NCBI GenBank assembly: GCA_963833985.1
Contig: CAWIAD010000002.1
Location: forward strand, 640,001-704,000
Direction: 5' to 3'
Length of the DNA: 64,000 nt
Source: an uncultured Planctomycetaceae bacterium
Lineage (GTDB): Bacteria > Planctomycetota > Planctomycetia > Isosphaerales > Isosphaeraceae
This document shows, piece by piece, positions 1-11,366 of the stretch. Numbering within the stretch: the first letter of the stretch is position 1; each line of letters opens with the position of its first letter. A program made the position numbers and the translations under genes. The notes under the pieces were generated by a model. That model did no database searches, was not told where the DNA came from, and worked only from the letters and a program-made list of their open reading frames with translations.

Positions 1-1431
1 GTCGGCCGTGCGGAAGGGGAGATGATCAAACGTCTTCGCGCCGAAAAAGCCGAACAGCCGGGCTCTGCGGGAGGCGGCTGCCTCAGCGGCCTGAAGTAAT
101 GCCTGGCCGCCGTTCGTGCCAGGCTCAGTCTGCGCGCAGACGTACTTGCCGCCGTTCCGGATGTCGATGGCCGCGCGATCGAGATCGGTCAGATAAAGAT
201 TGCCGGGTACCGCGTTCCGGCCCTGGTTCTTGAGCTCGGACTCCTTGGCGATGATGCCGTAGCCGGTTCCGATCACCACGTCGAGACCGGGGTAAAGCCG
301 CGCCTGGCGGGCCTCTTGGATGACGCCGGGCACACCGAGCATGGACCGGCCAATATCCTGGTAGTCGTACCGCTCCACGTTCTGGACGTACATGCCGGCC
401 GGCGAGGCGTGGCAGAATGGCACGCTGGTCACGGTGCCGACTTTCCACGCCCTGTCCTGAAGCTCGTGAAAGAGCGTCGTGACCAGGCGGCTGTCATCAG
501 CGACGTTCAGCCCGCTGTTGTACGACTTGACGCCGCTGACCAGTTCCGCGGCACTCTGGGACGAATCGGTATAGGCGTGCAGGACCCGGCCGGCGGCCTG
601 CACTCCCGCCCTGTCGGCCGCATTGGCGGACTGGCCCTTGAAATAACCCGGCGCCTGCGATCCCAGAGGCCCGAGCGTCCATGGATTCGGTCCGGCGATC
701 TGTGCGTCGTAGCCGCCTCCCAGGCTGTCCGGCGGGATCGTCACGAGCTGGCGGTCGATGTCCTGAATGCTGCGATCGTGCGTCGGACTGGTAACGGCGA
801 AGCCGTACTGTGCCGTTCCATCGGCCGTGTAATCCTGGAAGAAGAGCCCGGACCCCTTGCCCTCGGTGTAGACCTTCCCCGTGCGGACGATGGCCGCGGC
901 CTGCGCCGTGGGCCAGTCGAGGCCATCAAACCAGATGATGAACACGTGCCTGGCCCCGCGCGCGACCGCGTCCTTGAGTACCCGGTAGAGGTCGCTCTGG
1001 TCGGCGTACTCGGCCTGCGGATTGAGCGTGTTCTCGGGCATGAACCCGTAGGCGGCCCGGATCGCGGCCGCGTCGCGGTAGCGGCTATGCTTCCCGGTCA
1101 CCGACCCGAGATCGACGGTGCGTCCGAAGGCATACACCCCCACCATCCGGTTGCTGTGGCTGAAGTGGTTGGAGAACACACTCCCCGCGCCCTGCGAACC
1201 GAAATGATAGGCACGCGGCATTTTCTGGCCGGCGTTCTGCACGTACTGCGTTTGCAGCGTCCTGAGCAGGTCGGCGGTTGCTGCCCGCGGCGGTTCCTGA
1301 GCCCGCCCCGGCGCTGGTGCGTCCACCGCGGCCAGAGCGGCTGCCACCACGATGAGCCACAACCTTGATCTCGAAAACCAAGGGCGGCGAGGACGGCGGC
1401 ACAGGTCAACAAGATCACCCGGAAGTCGCAT
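1..1431 (-). CDS. Secreted alkaline phosphatase family protein (partial, runs off left edge)
   Basis: Hand translation from ATG at 1431 (absent from the ORF track because there is no stop in the window) gives the signal-like segment LWLIVVAAALAAV and AlkP motifs FIIWFDGLDW, YTDSSQSAAELVSGVKSYN and VGTVTSVPFCHASPA. Confidence 0.75.
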   Translation of the reverse strand, partial: MRLPGDLVDLCRRPRRPWFSRSRLWLIVVAAALAAVDAPAPGRAQEPPRAATADLLRTLQTQYVQNAGQKMPRAYHFGSQGAGSVFSNHFSHSNRMVGVYAFGRTVDLGSVTGKHSRYRDAAAIRAAYGFMPENTLNPQAEYADQSDLYRVLKDAVARGARHVFIIWFDGLDWPTAQAAAIVRTGKVYTEGKGSGLFFQDYTADGTAQYGFAVTSPTHDRSIQDIDRQLVTIPPDSLGGGYDAQIAGPNPWTLGPLGSQAPGYFKGQSANAADRAGVQAAGRVLHAYTDSSQSAAELVSGVKSYNSGLNVADDSRLVTTLFHELQDRAWKVGTVTSVPFCHASPAGMYVQNVERYDYQDIGRSMLGVPGVIQEARQARLYPGLDVVIGTGYGIIAKESELKNQGRNAVPGNLYLTDLDRAAIDIRNGGKYVCAQTEPGTNGGQALLQAAEAAASRRARLFGFFGAKTFDHLPFRTAD

Positions 1432-1609
1432 TGCGGGATCATCCTCCACACCTGGGCGAAACGGGCTTGCAGCGAACGCGACCGCAGCCCCTGCGCAACG
1501 GCACGGGGCAGGGTTCAGTCATGTCGAGTGAACTCGCGGGCCCCTGGTCCAAGCGCCGAGTATCCTGGCTGGATGAGTAGAATCCGTCAACAAGCCAGGA
1601 AGATCTCGG

Positions 1610-2392
1610 TTAGCCGTACATCGCGTTGGCCTTGCCGTAGGTGATCTTCGGGGCCTTGATCAGGCCCCCCGCCACCTTCTCGCCCAGCGGATCGATGTAG
1701 ACCCGGTTGGGATTCCTGGGATTTCCCGGATCACTGCCGGTGACGTGGACATTGAAGATGAACGCGTGCTCCGACTGAGCCGTGAACCAGTGGACGTTGT
1801 CTCGATGGTCCGACACGGTCGAGAACTCACCGGGCTCGAACGTGCGATCGATCGTGGGGCGGATCAGGTAATGATTCTTGTGGTCCTCAACGCGGTCCCA
1901 GTGCCGGCCCCGGAGCTTGCCCTTGAGAACCAGGAAGCCGGTCGCCATGTTGTCGTGGCCATGGGGGATGACAGAGCGGCCACGCGCCATCGCGAAGATC
2001 TGCCGGCCGAAGACCAGATGCGTGGGTAAACTCGAGATCCTGGAAAAGTCAGGAGCAATACTGCGGGCTCCAATGGCCGGAAAGTTCACGCTCGCCGCCA
2101 GGCGGTCAAAGTCGAGCGTCTTCAAGAGCGCCGGAAGGTCCACGCGGGCGTAGAGAGATTCGAGCGCTTTCTGAAATTCCAGGTCCCTGGTCCTGTGCTC
2201 GGTCAGGTCCTTGCTGATCGTATTCAGCTCGCCGAACCAGGAATCGATGATCGGCTGGACGTCCTTGCCGAAGAGGCGACGGTCCGCCAGGCCCTCGATC
2301 AGGGCGAGCGCCGTGAGGGACCGCAGCGCCTCACGCGTGAACTGGCGGCGAGTGGACAGCGAGTCATGGTCGGGTTCTTTGGGAGCGGTCAT
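1610..2392 (-). CDS. Cupin-fold (cysteine dioxygenase-like) hypothetical protein, possible Tat substrate
   Basis: N-terminal TRRQF followed by a hydrophobic stretch; PHGHDNM...LVLKG and DNVHWF cupin-type His motifs. Confidence 0.6.
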   Translation of the reverse strand: MTAPKEPDHDSLSTRRQFTREALRSLTALALIEGLADRRLFGKDVQPIIDSWFGELNTISKDLTEHRTRDLEFQKALESLYARVDLPALLKTLDFDRLAASVNFPAIGARSIAPDFSRISSLPTHLVFGRQIFAMARGRSVIPHGHDNMATGFLVLKGKLRGRHWDRVEDHKNHYLIRPTIDRTFEPGEFSTVSDHRDNVHWFTAQSEHAFIFNVHVTGSDPGNPRNPNRVYIDPLGEKVAGGLIKAPKITYGKANAMYG

Positions 2393-2532
2393 CTCGGTCT
2401 CCTGGGTCGGTCGCGGGGGGAAGCGGGGCTGGCCTGTGATGCCCCGAGGAATCAGGTAACATGATTCTTGCCCGATCTGCCGCGCCTGGACAAGGCACAC
2501 GGGCCACCGCGCGAGCGAGGGGAGGCATTCTG

Positions 2533-3764
2533 GTGTATCGTGACGTGCTGGCGATCGTCCTGGCCGGCGGCCGGGGATCGCGCCTCAAGCCGCTCACCCG
2601 CGACCGGGCAAAGCCCGCGGTTCCTTTCGGCGGCATCTACCGGATCATCGACTTCACGCTGTCAAACTGCATCAACTCCGACATGCGGAAGATCCTCGTG
2701 CTCACGCAGTACAAGGCCACCAGCCTCAATCGGCACATCGACCAGGGCTGGAAGTTTCTCTGCCGCGAGCTGGGCGAGTACATCGAGGTAATCCCGCCTC
2801 AACAGCGCATCGCCGAGATGTGGTACCAGGGCACCGCCGACGCGATCTACCAGAACGTCTACACGATCGAGAAGGCCTCGCCCCGCGACACCATGATTCT
2901 CGCAGGCGATCATATCTATAAAATGAATTACGCCCGCATGATCGATTTTCACCGCGACCGCCGCGCCGACCTGACCGTCGCCTGCCTTCCCGTGGCGCGC
3001 ACGCTTGCCCGTGAGTTCGGCGTGATCGGCATGGATGACGAGGGACGTCTCACCAGCTTCGTGGAGAAACCGGCCGACCCGCCGCTCATGCCAGGCCAGA
3101 GCGAGATGTCGCTCGCCTCGATGGGGATCTACGTCTTCAACACGGACGTGATGTACGAGCAGCTCTTCCAGGACGCCGCCAAGAAGGAGCTGAGCGGCCA
3201 CGACTTTGGCAAGGACATCATCCCGGCGATGATGGCCGCCGGAATGCGCATCTTCGCCTACCCGTTCCGCGACGAGAACCGCAAGACGGCCGCGTACTGG
3301 CGCGACGTGGGCACGCTGGACGCCTACTATCAGACCACGATGGACCTGATCTCCATTGACCCGATCCTGAACCTGTACGACCAGGACTGGCCCATCCACA
3401 CTTACCAGCCGCCGTACCCGCCTCCCAAGTTCGTGCACACCGATCCGGATCGCAGGGGCGCCGCGTTCAACTCCATTGTCTGCCAGGGGGCCATCGTCTC
3501 CGGCGGCCAGGTCTTCCGCAGCATCATCTCGCCCGACGTCCGCGTGAACAGTTACGCTCTGGTGGAAGACTCCATCCTGTTCGATGGCGTCGAGGTCGGC
3601 CGGCGCGCCCGCATCCGCTGCGCCATCGTCGACAAGGAAGTGAAGGTCCCCGCCGGATTCGAGATCGGCTGGAACCGCGAGCTCGATCTGCGCGCGGATT
3701 GACCGTCACGCCGGAGGGCCTCACCGTCGTGGCCAAGAGCGAGGACCTCGAAAGGTTTGCGTGA
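2533..3764 (+). CDS. glgC: Glucose-1-phosphate adenylyltransferase (frameshift near 3692)
   Basis: LAGGRGSRLKPLT, RAKPAVPFGG, WYQGTADA, FVEKP, ASMGIY, YWRDVGT; GGAGG RBS before GTG 2533; C-terminus LTVTPEGLTVVAK continues in another frame to TGA 3764. Confidence 0.95.
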
Positions 3765-4018
3765 TCGGGCGCGGCGAGAAACGGATTCTTCCACACCCCG
3801 CTCACGAAGGCTCGTCCCAGCCCTCTTGGAGGTCCTTGTTCTGTCATCGTTCGCGCCTCTTGATTCGCAGACGGTGTGCCTTCAATGGCTTCCCGGTCAG
3901 GGGATAGTCGGTAGCATACTGCCAAGATTTCGAACGTGCGAACGAATTGCGTGTATGAGGGCTGGATGACCCAGTTCGTATTCGCGGAACCACCCCACAC
4001 TGAACGCGGAGGCTTTCA

Positions 4019-4900
4019 ATGTTCGATCCAGGACGCCTGGCCGCCAGGACCCTGACGGCCGCTCTGATCTTGCCGCTCACATGGCTGTCTTCGTCCGGCT
4101 GTGCCGGGCTCCTGGGGCCTCAGGTCAAGGCAACGGCCACCGAGCAGCGCTCGTTCGAGGTCTCGGCCGCGCCGGTGGTGATCGTCGAGACGTTCAACGG
4201 ACCCATCAAGGCCACCGTGGGCACTGAAGGCAAAGTGGAGGCCAGCATCAAACGAATCGGCTCGGGCACCACCATGGAGGCGGCCGAGGCCGACCTGAAG
4301 AACGTCCACGTCGAGTTCACCCAGGACGGAGCCACCGTCCGTATTGTCGCGACCCGCAGCGGTTCTCCCGCCTTCAGCTCGTCGGCGGCCGAGGTTGAGA
4401 TCAAGGTCCCGGCACAGGCCACCCTGTCACTGACAACCTCCAATGGAGAGCTTCATTCCGAAGGCATCCAGGGCCCGATCACGGCCCGATCCTCCAACGG
4501 TGAGATCGAGGTCCGGGGAGCCAGAGGCAAGCTTGACCTGCATACGAGCAACGGAGCCATCGACATCGCCGCGACCGAGGCCGCTGTGTCGGCGCAGACC
4601 CGGAACGGCGAAGTTCGCTTCGCCGGCTCATTGGCCCAGGGGAAGCATGGTCTGACGACGAACAACGGCGGCATCACCGTCAGACTGCCGGTCAACGCGG
4701 CGTTCCGGGTTGAGGCCAGAACCTCCAACGGCACCGTGACCAGCGGGTTCCCGGAACTTCGTGGCGAGAGCGGCAAGGCTGCCAGGAACCATCTGGCCGG
4801 TCACGTCGGAAACGCCTCGTCCCCCGAAGTTGAACTGAAGCTGGAGACCTCCAACGGTAACGTCGCCGTCGAACCGGCAGCGGAGACTCCAAGATCCTGA
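4019..4900 (+). CDS. DUF4097-like beta-strand repeat lipoprotein
   Basis: Signal peptide with lipobox-like SSSGC; repeated T/S-S/N-N-G-x-I/V motifs. Confidence 0.8.
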   Translation: MFDPGRLAARTLTAALILPLTWLSSSGCAGLLGPQVKATATEQRSFEVSAAPVVIVETFNGPIKATVGTEGKVEASIKRIGSGTTMEAAEADLKNVHVEFTQDGATVRIVATRSGSPAFSSSAAEVEIKVPAQATLSLTTSNGELHSEGIQGPITARSSNGEIEVRGARGKLDLHTSNGAIDIAATEAAVSAQTRNGEVRFAGSLAQGKHGLTTNNGGITVRLPVNAAFRVEARTSNGTVTSGFPELRGESGKAARNHLAGHVGNASSPEVELKLETSNGNVAVEPAAETPRS

Positions 4901-7010
4901 GATCCGGCCGCGCGTTCTCTCCCGCGCTGGCCTGGCCATGGCCTCTTGATTCATCACCGAGTATCAATTCCCCGGCCCCCAGATCATGTGCGGCGCGCAG
5001 CACGGCAGATCGGGGATCATCGGTCAGGATGATCACCGGCACGAGCGGCTTGCCCGCAAGTTCGGCCCGGGTCACCACGGCCGTCATCAGGGCGCGGTCA
5101 ACCACGCCGAAGGGCGGTTCGGGCTCGGGCGGGGTGCGCCCGGAGACCATCACGGATTCGGTGTGTTCCGGATCGCCGTACGCCCCGGACGCATCCGCCG
5201 GGTGGGCCGCCACGACCACGATGTCGGCCGTATCCGTGTTGGTCTCGTCCAGACAGGCTTCCAGCGCCGCGAGGTCGTCGGGCGAGTAAACCGCCACGAG
5301 TTTGCAGCCTGGCCGCTCGAGCCCGAGCGCCTGGCGTGTGAGGCGCGGGATGGCCTCGCCCTGGAATTGCTCCAGGTGCTTGTGAGTGCGGCCTTCGCCG
5401 TTTTCCGTTCCTTGCCGCCGGCGATAATGCTCGGTGACGGCGAACGCGACCAGGAACGCCGCCGTGAAGGCGATGCCCGAAATGGTGGCCACCGTCTTGG
5501 TGGCAAGATTCGCCAGCGCGGCAGCCAGCAGGACCAGGAAGATCAGGGCCAGGCCGACAGGTAGCTCAAGGCGGCCCAGCCGCACGTTCAGGGGAACGCG
5601 GTAACCGCGCGGCCGCCCCGGCTGCGTGAACCGCAAAAGCAGCATGGAAAGACTCATCGCCACCAGGCTCCAGACCACCCCGAACGCATAGGCCTCGCCC
5701 AGGATGATGACGTCGCCCCCGCTGAGCACGATCGTCGCGGCTTGCAAGCCGGCGATCAGTGTCAGCAGCCGCCAGGTCGTACCGTATTTCTTGTGCGGAC
5801 GCTGGAACCAGTCGGGCAAGACCCCGTCTTCCGTCACGCGGTTGAGCACGCCATTGGCGCCCAGGAGCGACGTGTTCACGGCCCCGGAGAGAACCAAAAA
5901 ACCGACCACGACCACCAGTCCATTGAGTCCCAGCCTGGCCCAATGCGGTCCCACCACGTGCATCGCCAGTCCCGAGATCAGGTTCTCCTGGAAACCTGGC
6001 CGGACGTCGTCAGGGATGATCATCACAGCAAAGAAGCTGATCAGCCCCGTGATGGTCAGGCTGTAAAGGAAGACGATGAACGCCGCCCAGCGAAAGTTCC
6101 TGAGCTTCGGCGCCTTCACCTCGCGGTACACCTGCGCCAGCGTCTCCTCGCCGCTCATCGCCAGGATCGAATGCCCGAACGCAATGAGCACGCCGAGCGC
6201 TCCCAGGGCGCTCAGCCAGTGCACGCTCTCCGGCCGCAGCTCGGGGCCCAGGGGACTGGCCGCAACCCAGCCCAGCGGGTCTTCCTGTTTCCCCGTAACC
6301 TCGTTGATTGTGGGGCGACCCTCGCGGTCCGCCTTCCTGGCCAGATCCGGCCGCCAGGGCGGAACCTTGCGGGCGTCGCTCCGGACCGAGATCGTGATCA
6401 GGCACCAGGTGATCATGATCACGGCCATCACGGTCATCACCCGCATAATCTTCAGAGCCTTGCCGCTCGAGGTGGGAATGCCGCGGACATTGGCCTGGTA
6501 GAAGTAAAAGACGACCGCCAGCGCCACGCCGGCCGCGCCGTAGCGCTCATGGACACCCGTGTGGAACTGAAAATAGCGGAGCAGCGAGTTGAAAAGCCGC
6601 ACCAGGTAATGCCCCGCTGACACCGCGCTGATGGGCCCGGTGAGGATGTAGTCGAACATCAGGGCCGAGACCGCGACCTTGGCCAGGCGATCTCCCATGG
6701 CCTCCTTGACAATGCGGTAGACGCCGCCCCGGACGAACATCGAGCAGCTCTCGATATAGACGCTGCGCACGCCATAGCTGAAGAGCATCACACCCAGGAT
6801 GAACCAGGGCGCCGCCCGGCCAATCTGCGACTCCACGATGCCGCCGATGTAGTACGCCGTGCTCACCAGGTCGCAGAGGACCACGGCGGCAGTCGGCCAG
6901 ATACCGATGAACGCGAACATCACACTGGAGAGAACCAGGGTGCGCTCGTGCAGCCAGGGACCGCGGACGGCGGTCGTCAGCACCTGCGGAGAGGTCGATC
7001 CAGTTCGCAT
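4692..7010 (-). CDS. APC family amino acid permease with cytoplasmic C-terminal domain (true 3' end uncertain)
   Basis: About 12 hydrophobic segments; GGVYRIVKEAMG, FDYILTGPIS, SILAMSGEETLAQ. The last ~70 codons overlap the convergent gene and look non-native. Confidence 0.8.
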   Translation of the reverse strand: MRTGSTSPQVLTTAVRGPWLHERTLVLSSVMFAFIGIWPTAAVVLCDLVSTAYYIGGIVESQIGRAAPWFILGVMLFSYGVRSVYIESCSMFVRGGVYRIVKEAMGDRLAKVAVSALMFDYILTGPISAVSAGHYLVRLFNSLLRYFQFHTGVHERYGAAGVALAVVFYFYQANVRGIPTSSGKALKIMRVMTVMAVIMITWCLITISVRSDARKVPPWRPDLARKADREGRPTINEVTGKQEDPLGWVAASPLGPELRPESVHWLSALGALGVLIAFGHSILAMSGEETLAQVYREVKAPKLRNFRWAAFIVFLYSLTITGLISFFAVMIIPDDVRPGFQENLISGLAMHVVGPHWARLGLNGLVVVVGFLVLSGAVNTSLLGANGVLNRVTEDGVLPDWFQRPHKKYGTTWRLLTLIAGLQAATIVLSGGDVIILGEAYAFGVVWSLVAMSLSMLLLRFTQPGRPRGYRVPLNVRLGRLELPVGLALIFLVLLAAALANLATKTVATISGIAFTAAFLVAFAVTEHYRRRQGTENGEGRTHKHLEQFQGEAIPRLTRQALGLERPGCKLVAVYSPDDLAALEACLDETNTDTADIVVVAAHPADASGAYGDPEHTESVMVSGRTPPEPEPPFGVVDRALMTAVVTRAELAGKPLVPVIILTDDPRSAVLRAAHDLGAGELILGDESRGHGQASAGENARPDLRILESPLPVRRRRYRWRSPASVQLRGTRRFRRDRPDGSWQPCRSRHEVPGTRWSRCRWRFWPQPGTPR

Positions 7011-7208
7011 GGGCCGGGGCCAGGGGAATTGACAGGATGCACCGTCGCTGCTGCGGCACGATCACGCACACGCCACCAGACTCAGCGCGTAGGAAAGATC
7101 TTCGCCTTGCGAATACCGTGCCTGTGCGGGGTCAACCTGTGCGCGAGGTGGGCAAGCCGCCCGTGTCCGGCGAATCCATGCCCGGACTGTGACGCGGCCG
7201 CGGTCCGC

Positions 7209-9121
7209 TCAAACCTTGCCGCTGGTTCCCGTGGCGGGCGGAGAACGAAGCGACTGGATGAGGCTGGTGTAGGCGGTGGTGAGCTCGCGCCGGCTCAGGA
7301 GGCCGATCAGGTCGGTGGGATCGTCGGGCTGGACCACGGGAATCTCGTCGATGTTCAGCTCGGTCATCCGTCGCAGTGCGGTGTGCAGAGTGTCCTCGGG
7401 CGTGACGGAGAGGACCGGCCGGGTGGCCAGGTCGTCGGCCAGCACCAGCGGTCCCCATTCCGAGCCGACCAGCGCCAGGCGCAGATCGCGAAGGGTGAAG
7501 ATGCCCGTCAACCGCCCTTTGCCGTCGACGACCGGGAAGAAGGTCTGGTTGGAGACGGCGACACGTTGGATCAGGTCCTTGAAGGGCATCGAGGCGGGGA
7601 TGTGTTCAATGCCCTCCGTGCGGATCACGACCTCGCCCACCTGGATCTGGTCGAGCACGTCGACCACGAAATCTCCCTGGTGCGCCGGGCTGTCGATCGG
7701 GCTGGGCACCTGCTCTTCATAAATTGTCCAGTGCCGCGAGATGGCCATGTTCAGACCGCAGGCCAGCATGAGCGGGACCAGCAGGCTGTACGAGCCGGTC
7801 ATCTCGCTGACCATCACGATGGACGTCAGCGGCGTCTTGGAAACACCGGCAAAGAACCCTCCCATGCCCACCAGTACGTACGCGGCCGGGTTGATGTGGG
7901 CGCCCGGAAGCATGCGGGCCATGAGCTGGCCATAGAACCCGCCGATCATGCCGCCGATGAGCATCGACGGACCGAACACGCCTCCACTGCCGCCAGAACT
8001 GATGGTAAAGCTGGTGGCCAGAATCTTCAGCACGCAGAGCGTGAGCAGAAGACCAAGGCCCATGTGGGGAACGAAACTCGACTCGCCCGGCAGGGTCAGC
8101 TCCGGCGGCATGCCGATGGCGCCCCATTGCACCCAGCCGTAGCCGCCGGTCATCACCTGGGGATACGCCAGCGCCACCAGGCCCAGCAGCAGCCCTCCCA
8201 CCGCCGGTTTGAACTGCCTGGGGATGGGAATGGGATGGAACAGCTTATCTCTCAGACCGTAGAAGCAACGCACGTAGAGCCAGCCGAACCCCGCGCAAAG
8301 GAGCGTCAGCCCCACGTACAGCGGCAGGTCGCGCAATCCCTGGAACGACAGGTTGGGCAGGCTGAAAATGGGCTTGGGCGTGATGAACAGGGCGAACGTG
8401 GAATAGGCCACGATCGAGCTGGCCAGGCAGGGCAAGAGCGCGGCCGACTCGAAGGCGGTGGAAGAATAAAGGACTTCGCCCGCGAAGAGTGCTCCACCCA
8501 GAGGCGCCGGAAGATCGCTCCCACGCCCCCGGCCGCTCCTGCCAGCATCAGGATCCGCCGCTCGCTGGGCGGCAGCTTGAGCACGCGTGCCAGGTACGAT
8601 CCAAAACCGGATCCGATCTGTGCAATCGGCCCTTCCTGTCCTGCGGATCCGCCGGTGCCAATGGTGATGATGGACGCCACGGACTTGATGAACGGGACGC
8701 GCGACCGGATCGTGCCGCCCCCCCGGTGGAAGGCCCGGACCATGGCGTCGGTGCCATGTCCCTCGGCCTCCGGGGCCCAGGTGAAGACGAGAATGCCCGA
8801 GAGCAGGCCACCCACGGTCGGTACCAGCAAGATCAGCCACCACGGCCAGGGATAGCTCACGGCGTGCAGCGTGCCTTCCAGGGTGGGAGGCATCTGGTAG
8901 TGCAGCAGACCGCCCAGGACGTACCGGTACATCGCCTGGAGGCAAACCAGAAACGCGACCGCACCCAGACCGGCAATGAACCCGACGAGCGGGCTGCAAA
9001 TGGCAGTCCGGCCCACGCCCGGCGTCCACCAGAGGGCCGCAAGCCGCTGGAAGCTTTCCCTCAGCAATGTCTGGAGCTTACCCGAGATCGACGAAGGAGG
9101 CGGGAGTTCTGGGTCGTGCAT
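7209..9121 (-). CDS. ClC family chloride channel/antiporter with C-terminal CBS pair (frameshift near 8510)
   Basis: EAEGHGTD, GGSAGQEGP, GGSGGVFGP, SIVMVSEMTG motifs split over ORFs 8306-9145 and 7209-9029; CBS motifs FFPVVD and IPVV. Confidence 0.9.
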
Positions 9122-9378
9122 GAATCCGAGGTCCTGAGCGTGCAAACGGGATCTTCCTTATGATGGACCTGACGGCGCGATCCTTCCAGTCCAAAGTGAC
9201 AGTGCCGTCTGGAAACCGGACCTCAGCGCTGCCTGGTCGCACCGCTTCCGGCTGGTCGCAAGCCGCCGCCCGCGAGAGAATGGCGGCCTGGGCCGGTCGC
9301 TTTCTGCTCTCGACGTGAAGCCGAGCTTACGCCAGGTCCTGTCCCGGGGCCAGCACCAGGCTCCGCGAGGAGAATTCG

Positions 9379-11319
9379 ATGTGCGGCATTTGTGGCGCCG
9401 TGTGGACCGATCCCGGGAGAACCCTGGACCCCGCGCATCTGACCGCGATGATGAACCGGATCGCCCACCGCGGACCCGACGACTCCGGCTTCCATGAAGA
9501 CCGACATGCCGCCCTGGGGTTTCGTCGGCTGTCGATCGTCGACCTGGAAGGGGGCCATCAGCCGCTCTCCAACGAGGACGGCACGGTCTGGACCGTCTTC
9601 AATGGGGAGATCTACAACTACCCCGCGCTCCGGCACCGGCTCGAGGCCCGGGGCCATACCCTTCGCTCCAGGGGAGATACCGAAATCCTCGTGCACCTCT
9701 ACGAGGATGAGGGCACCGGGATGTTCTCGCTGCTGCGCGGAATGTTCGCACTGGCCATCTGGGACGCACCGCGCCGGACCTTGATTCTCGGCCGCGACCG
9801 GCTGGGACAGAAACCGCTGGTGTACCATCACGCCGGCGGCCGTCTCACCTTCGCAAGCGAGGCTCAAGGCGCTGCTTGCCCTCCCCGCGCACGACCTTCC
9901 GCGGCAGCTCGATCGGCTGGCGCTCGACCAGTACCTGACGTTCGGCTACGTGCCCCAGCCTCGAACCATCTTGCAAGGCGTCTCGAAACTTCCGCCCGCC
10001 CATTTCGCCGTCTGGCACGAGGGCACCTTGCGCATCGAGCCGTACTGGAGCCCCGACTGGAACGTCCAGCGGTACAGGCCGATCGAGGAAGACATCGCCG
10101 AGCTGCGAAGCACCCTGGCCGACGCGGTCCGCGAACAGATGGTCGCCGACGTTCCCCTGGGCGCGTTTCTCTCCGGCGGGATCGATTCCACGATCATCGT
10201 CGGTCTCATGCAGCGCGCGGCAAGCCAGCCGGTGCAGACTTTCTCCATCGGCTTTGCCGACCCGAGCTACGACGAGACCCAGTACGCCGAGCTGGCCGCG
10301 CGGCACCTGGGTACCGAGCACCGCACTTTCATGGTCGAGCCCAGGGCGTGGGAGACGCTCCCTCTTCTGGCCAGGCAGTTCGACGAGCCGTTCGCCGACA
10401 GCTCGGCACTCCCCACCTGGCACGTGGCACGCGAGACACGTCAGGCCGTGACCGTGGCCCTGACCGGCGACGCCGGCGACGAACTCTTCGGGGGCTACGA
10501 CCGTTACCGGGCACTGGCGATGACCGAGCTGTTCCAGCAGCTTCCGGCCGCGCCCGGCGCTGGATCGGGGGGACCATGACACGGGTCCTGCCGCGCTCGG
10601 GGAGGTCGAAGACGCGGCTCCGGGCCATGGAGCGGATCTTCGAACGGATCAACGACCGGGCGAGCGATCGCTACCTCGGGTGGATGACCACGTTCGATGA
10701 AGCCGACCGCCTGAACCTCTACAGTGAGGACCAGCTCGATCTGCTGGCATCCGCCGCGGCGAATGAGACGGACCAGGCGGCGGCAGACCCGACATCAATG
10801 CTCGTCCACGCCTGGAGCGAGGCAAGCCGAAGAGATGTCGTCACCCAGGCCATGGTTGGTGACCTGCTGACCTATCTTCCCGGGGACCTGCTGCACAAGG
10901 TGGACATGGCCAGCATGGCGCAAGGCCTGGAGTGCCGGGCGCCTTTTCTCGATCACCGCGTCGTCGAGCTGGCGGCGGCCATGCCCCTGGACAGAAAGCT
11001 GCGCCTGCGTCCGGGCAAGTCCAAGGTCGTTCTCAAGCGGGCATTCGCCGACCTGCTCCCCGGACCCATCAAGTCACGCCGCAAGATGGGATTTGGAGTG
11101 CCGGTCGGCCGCTGGTTCCAAAACGAGCTGCGCGAGGAGCTGCGCGCCGTGCTGCTCGATGCGTCCACACGGAAACGAGGCCTGTTTCGTCCCGAGATCG
11201 TGCAGGGGCTCGTCGACGAGCAGATCATGGGCCGTCGCGAGCACGGCCATCGACTCTGGAGCCTGCTGATGCTGGAGCTATGGTTCCGCAACCATCTCGA
11301 CGGCTCCGCGGGCGGTTGA
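9379..11319 (+). CDS. asnB: Asparagine synthase (glutamine-hydrolysing) family amidotransferase (frameshifts near 9862 and 10550)
   Basis: MCGICG, HRGPDD, FNGEIYN, RDRLGQKPL; FLSGGIDS and LTGDAGDELFGGY in ORF 9950-10579; ECRAPFLD, KMGFGVP. Confidence 0.92.
   Translation: MCGICGAVWTDPGRTLDPAHLTAMMNRIAHRGPDDSGFHEDRHAALGFRRLSIVDLEGGHQPLSNEDGTVWTVFNGEIYNYPALRHRLEARGHTLRSRGDTEILVHLYEDEGTGMFSLLRGMFALAIWDAPRRTLILGRDRLGQKPLVYHHAGGRLTFASEAQGAACPPRARPSAAARSAGARPVPDVRLRAPASNHLARRLETSARPFRRLARGHLAHRAVLEPRLERPAVQADRGRHRRAAKHPGRRGPRTDGRRRSPGRVSLRRDRFHDHRRSHAARGKPAGADFLHRLCRPELRRDPVRRAGRAAPGYRAPHFHGRAQGVGDAPSSGQAVRRAVRRQLGTPHLARGTRDTSGRDRGPDRRRRRRTLRGLRPLPGTGDDRAVPAASGRARRWIGGTMTRVLPRSGRSKTRLRAMERIFERINDRASDRYLGWMTTFDEADRLNLYSEDQLDLLASAAANETDQAAADPTSMLVHAWSEASRRDVVTQAMVGDLLTYLPGDLLHKVDMASMAQGLECRAPFLDHRVVELAAAMPLDRKLRLRPGKSKVVLKRAFADLLPGPIKSRRKMGFGVPVGRWFQNELREELRAVLLDASTRKRGLFRPEIVQGLVDEQIMGRREHGHRLWSLLMLELWFRNHLDGSAGG
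11281..11319 (+). repeat. Direct repeat copy 1 (last 12 codons + stop of asnB)
   Basis: TGGTTCCGCAACCATCTCGACGGCTCCGC (29 bp) is identical to 12991-13019; both copies end in an in-frame TGA at 39 bp. Confidence 0.95.
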
Positions 11320-11366
11320 GCGATCCGGTCCGGCCTTCGGGCACCGGGTGCAGCGTGAGCCGCCGA

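Noticed and set aside
4692..4900. Genuine 200 bp overlap between the permease and the DUF4097 gene
   Set aside because: The permease tail in the overlap looks non-native. A lost stop codon or an indel is more likely.
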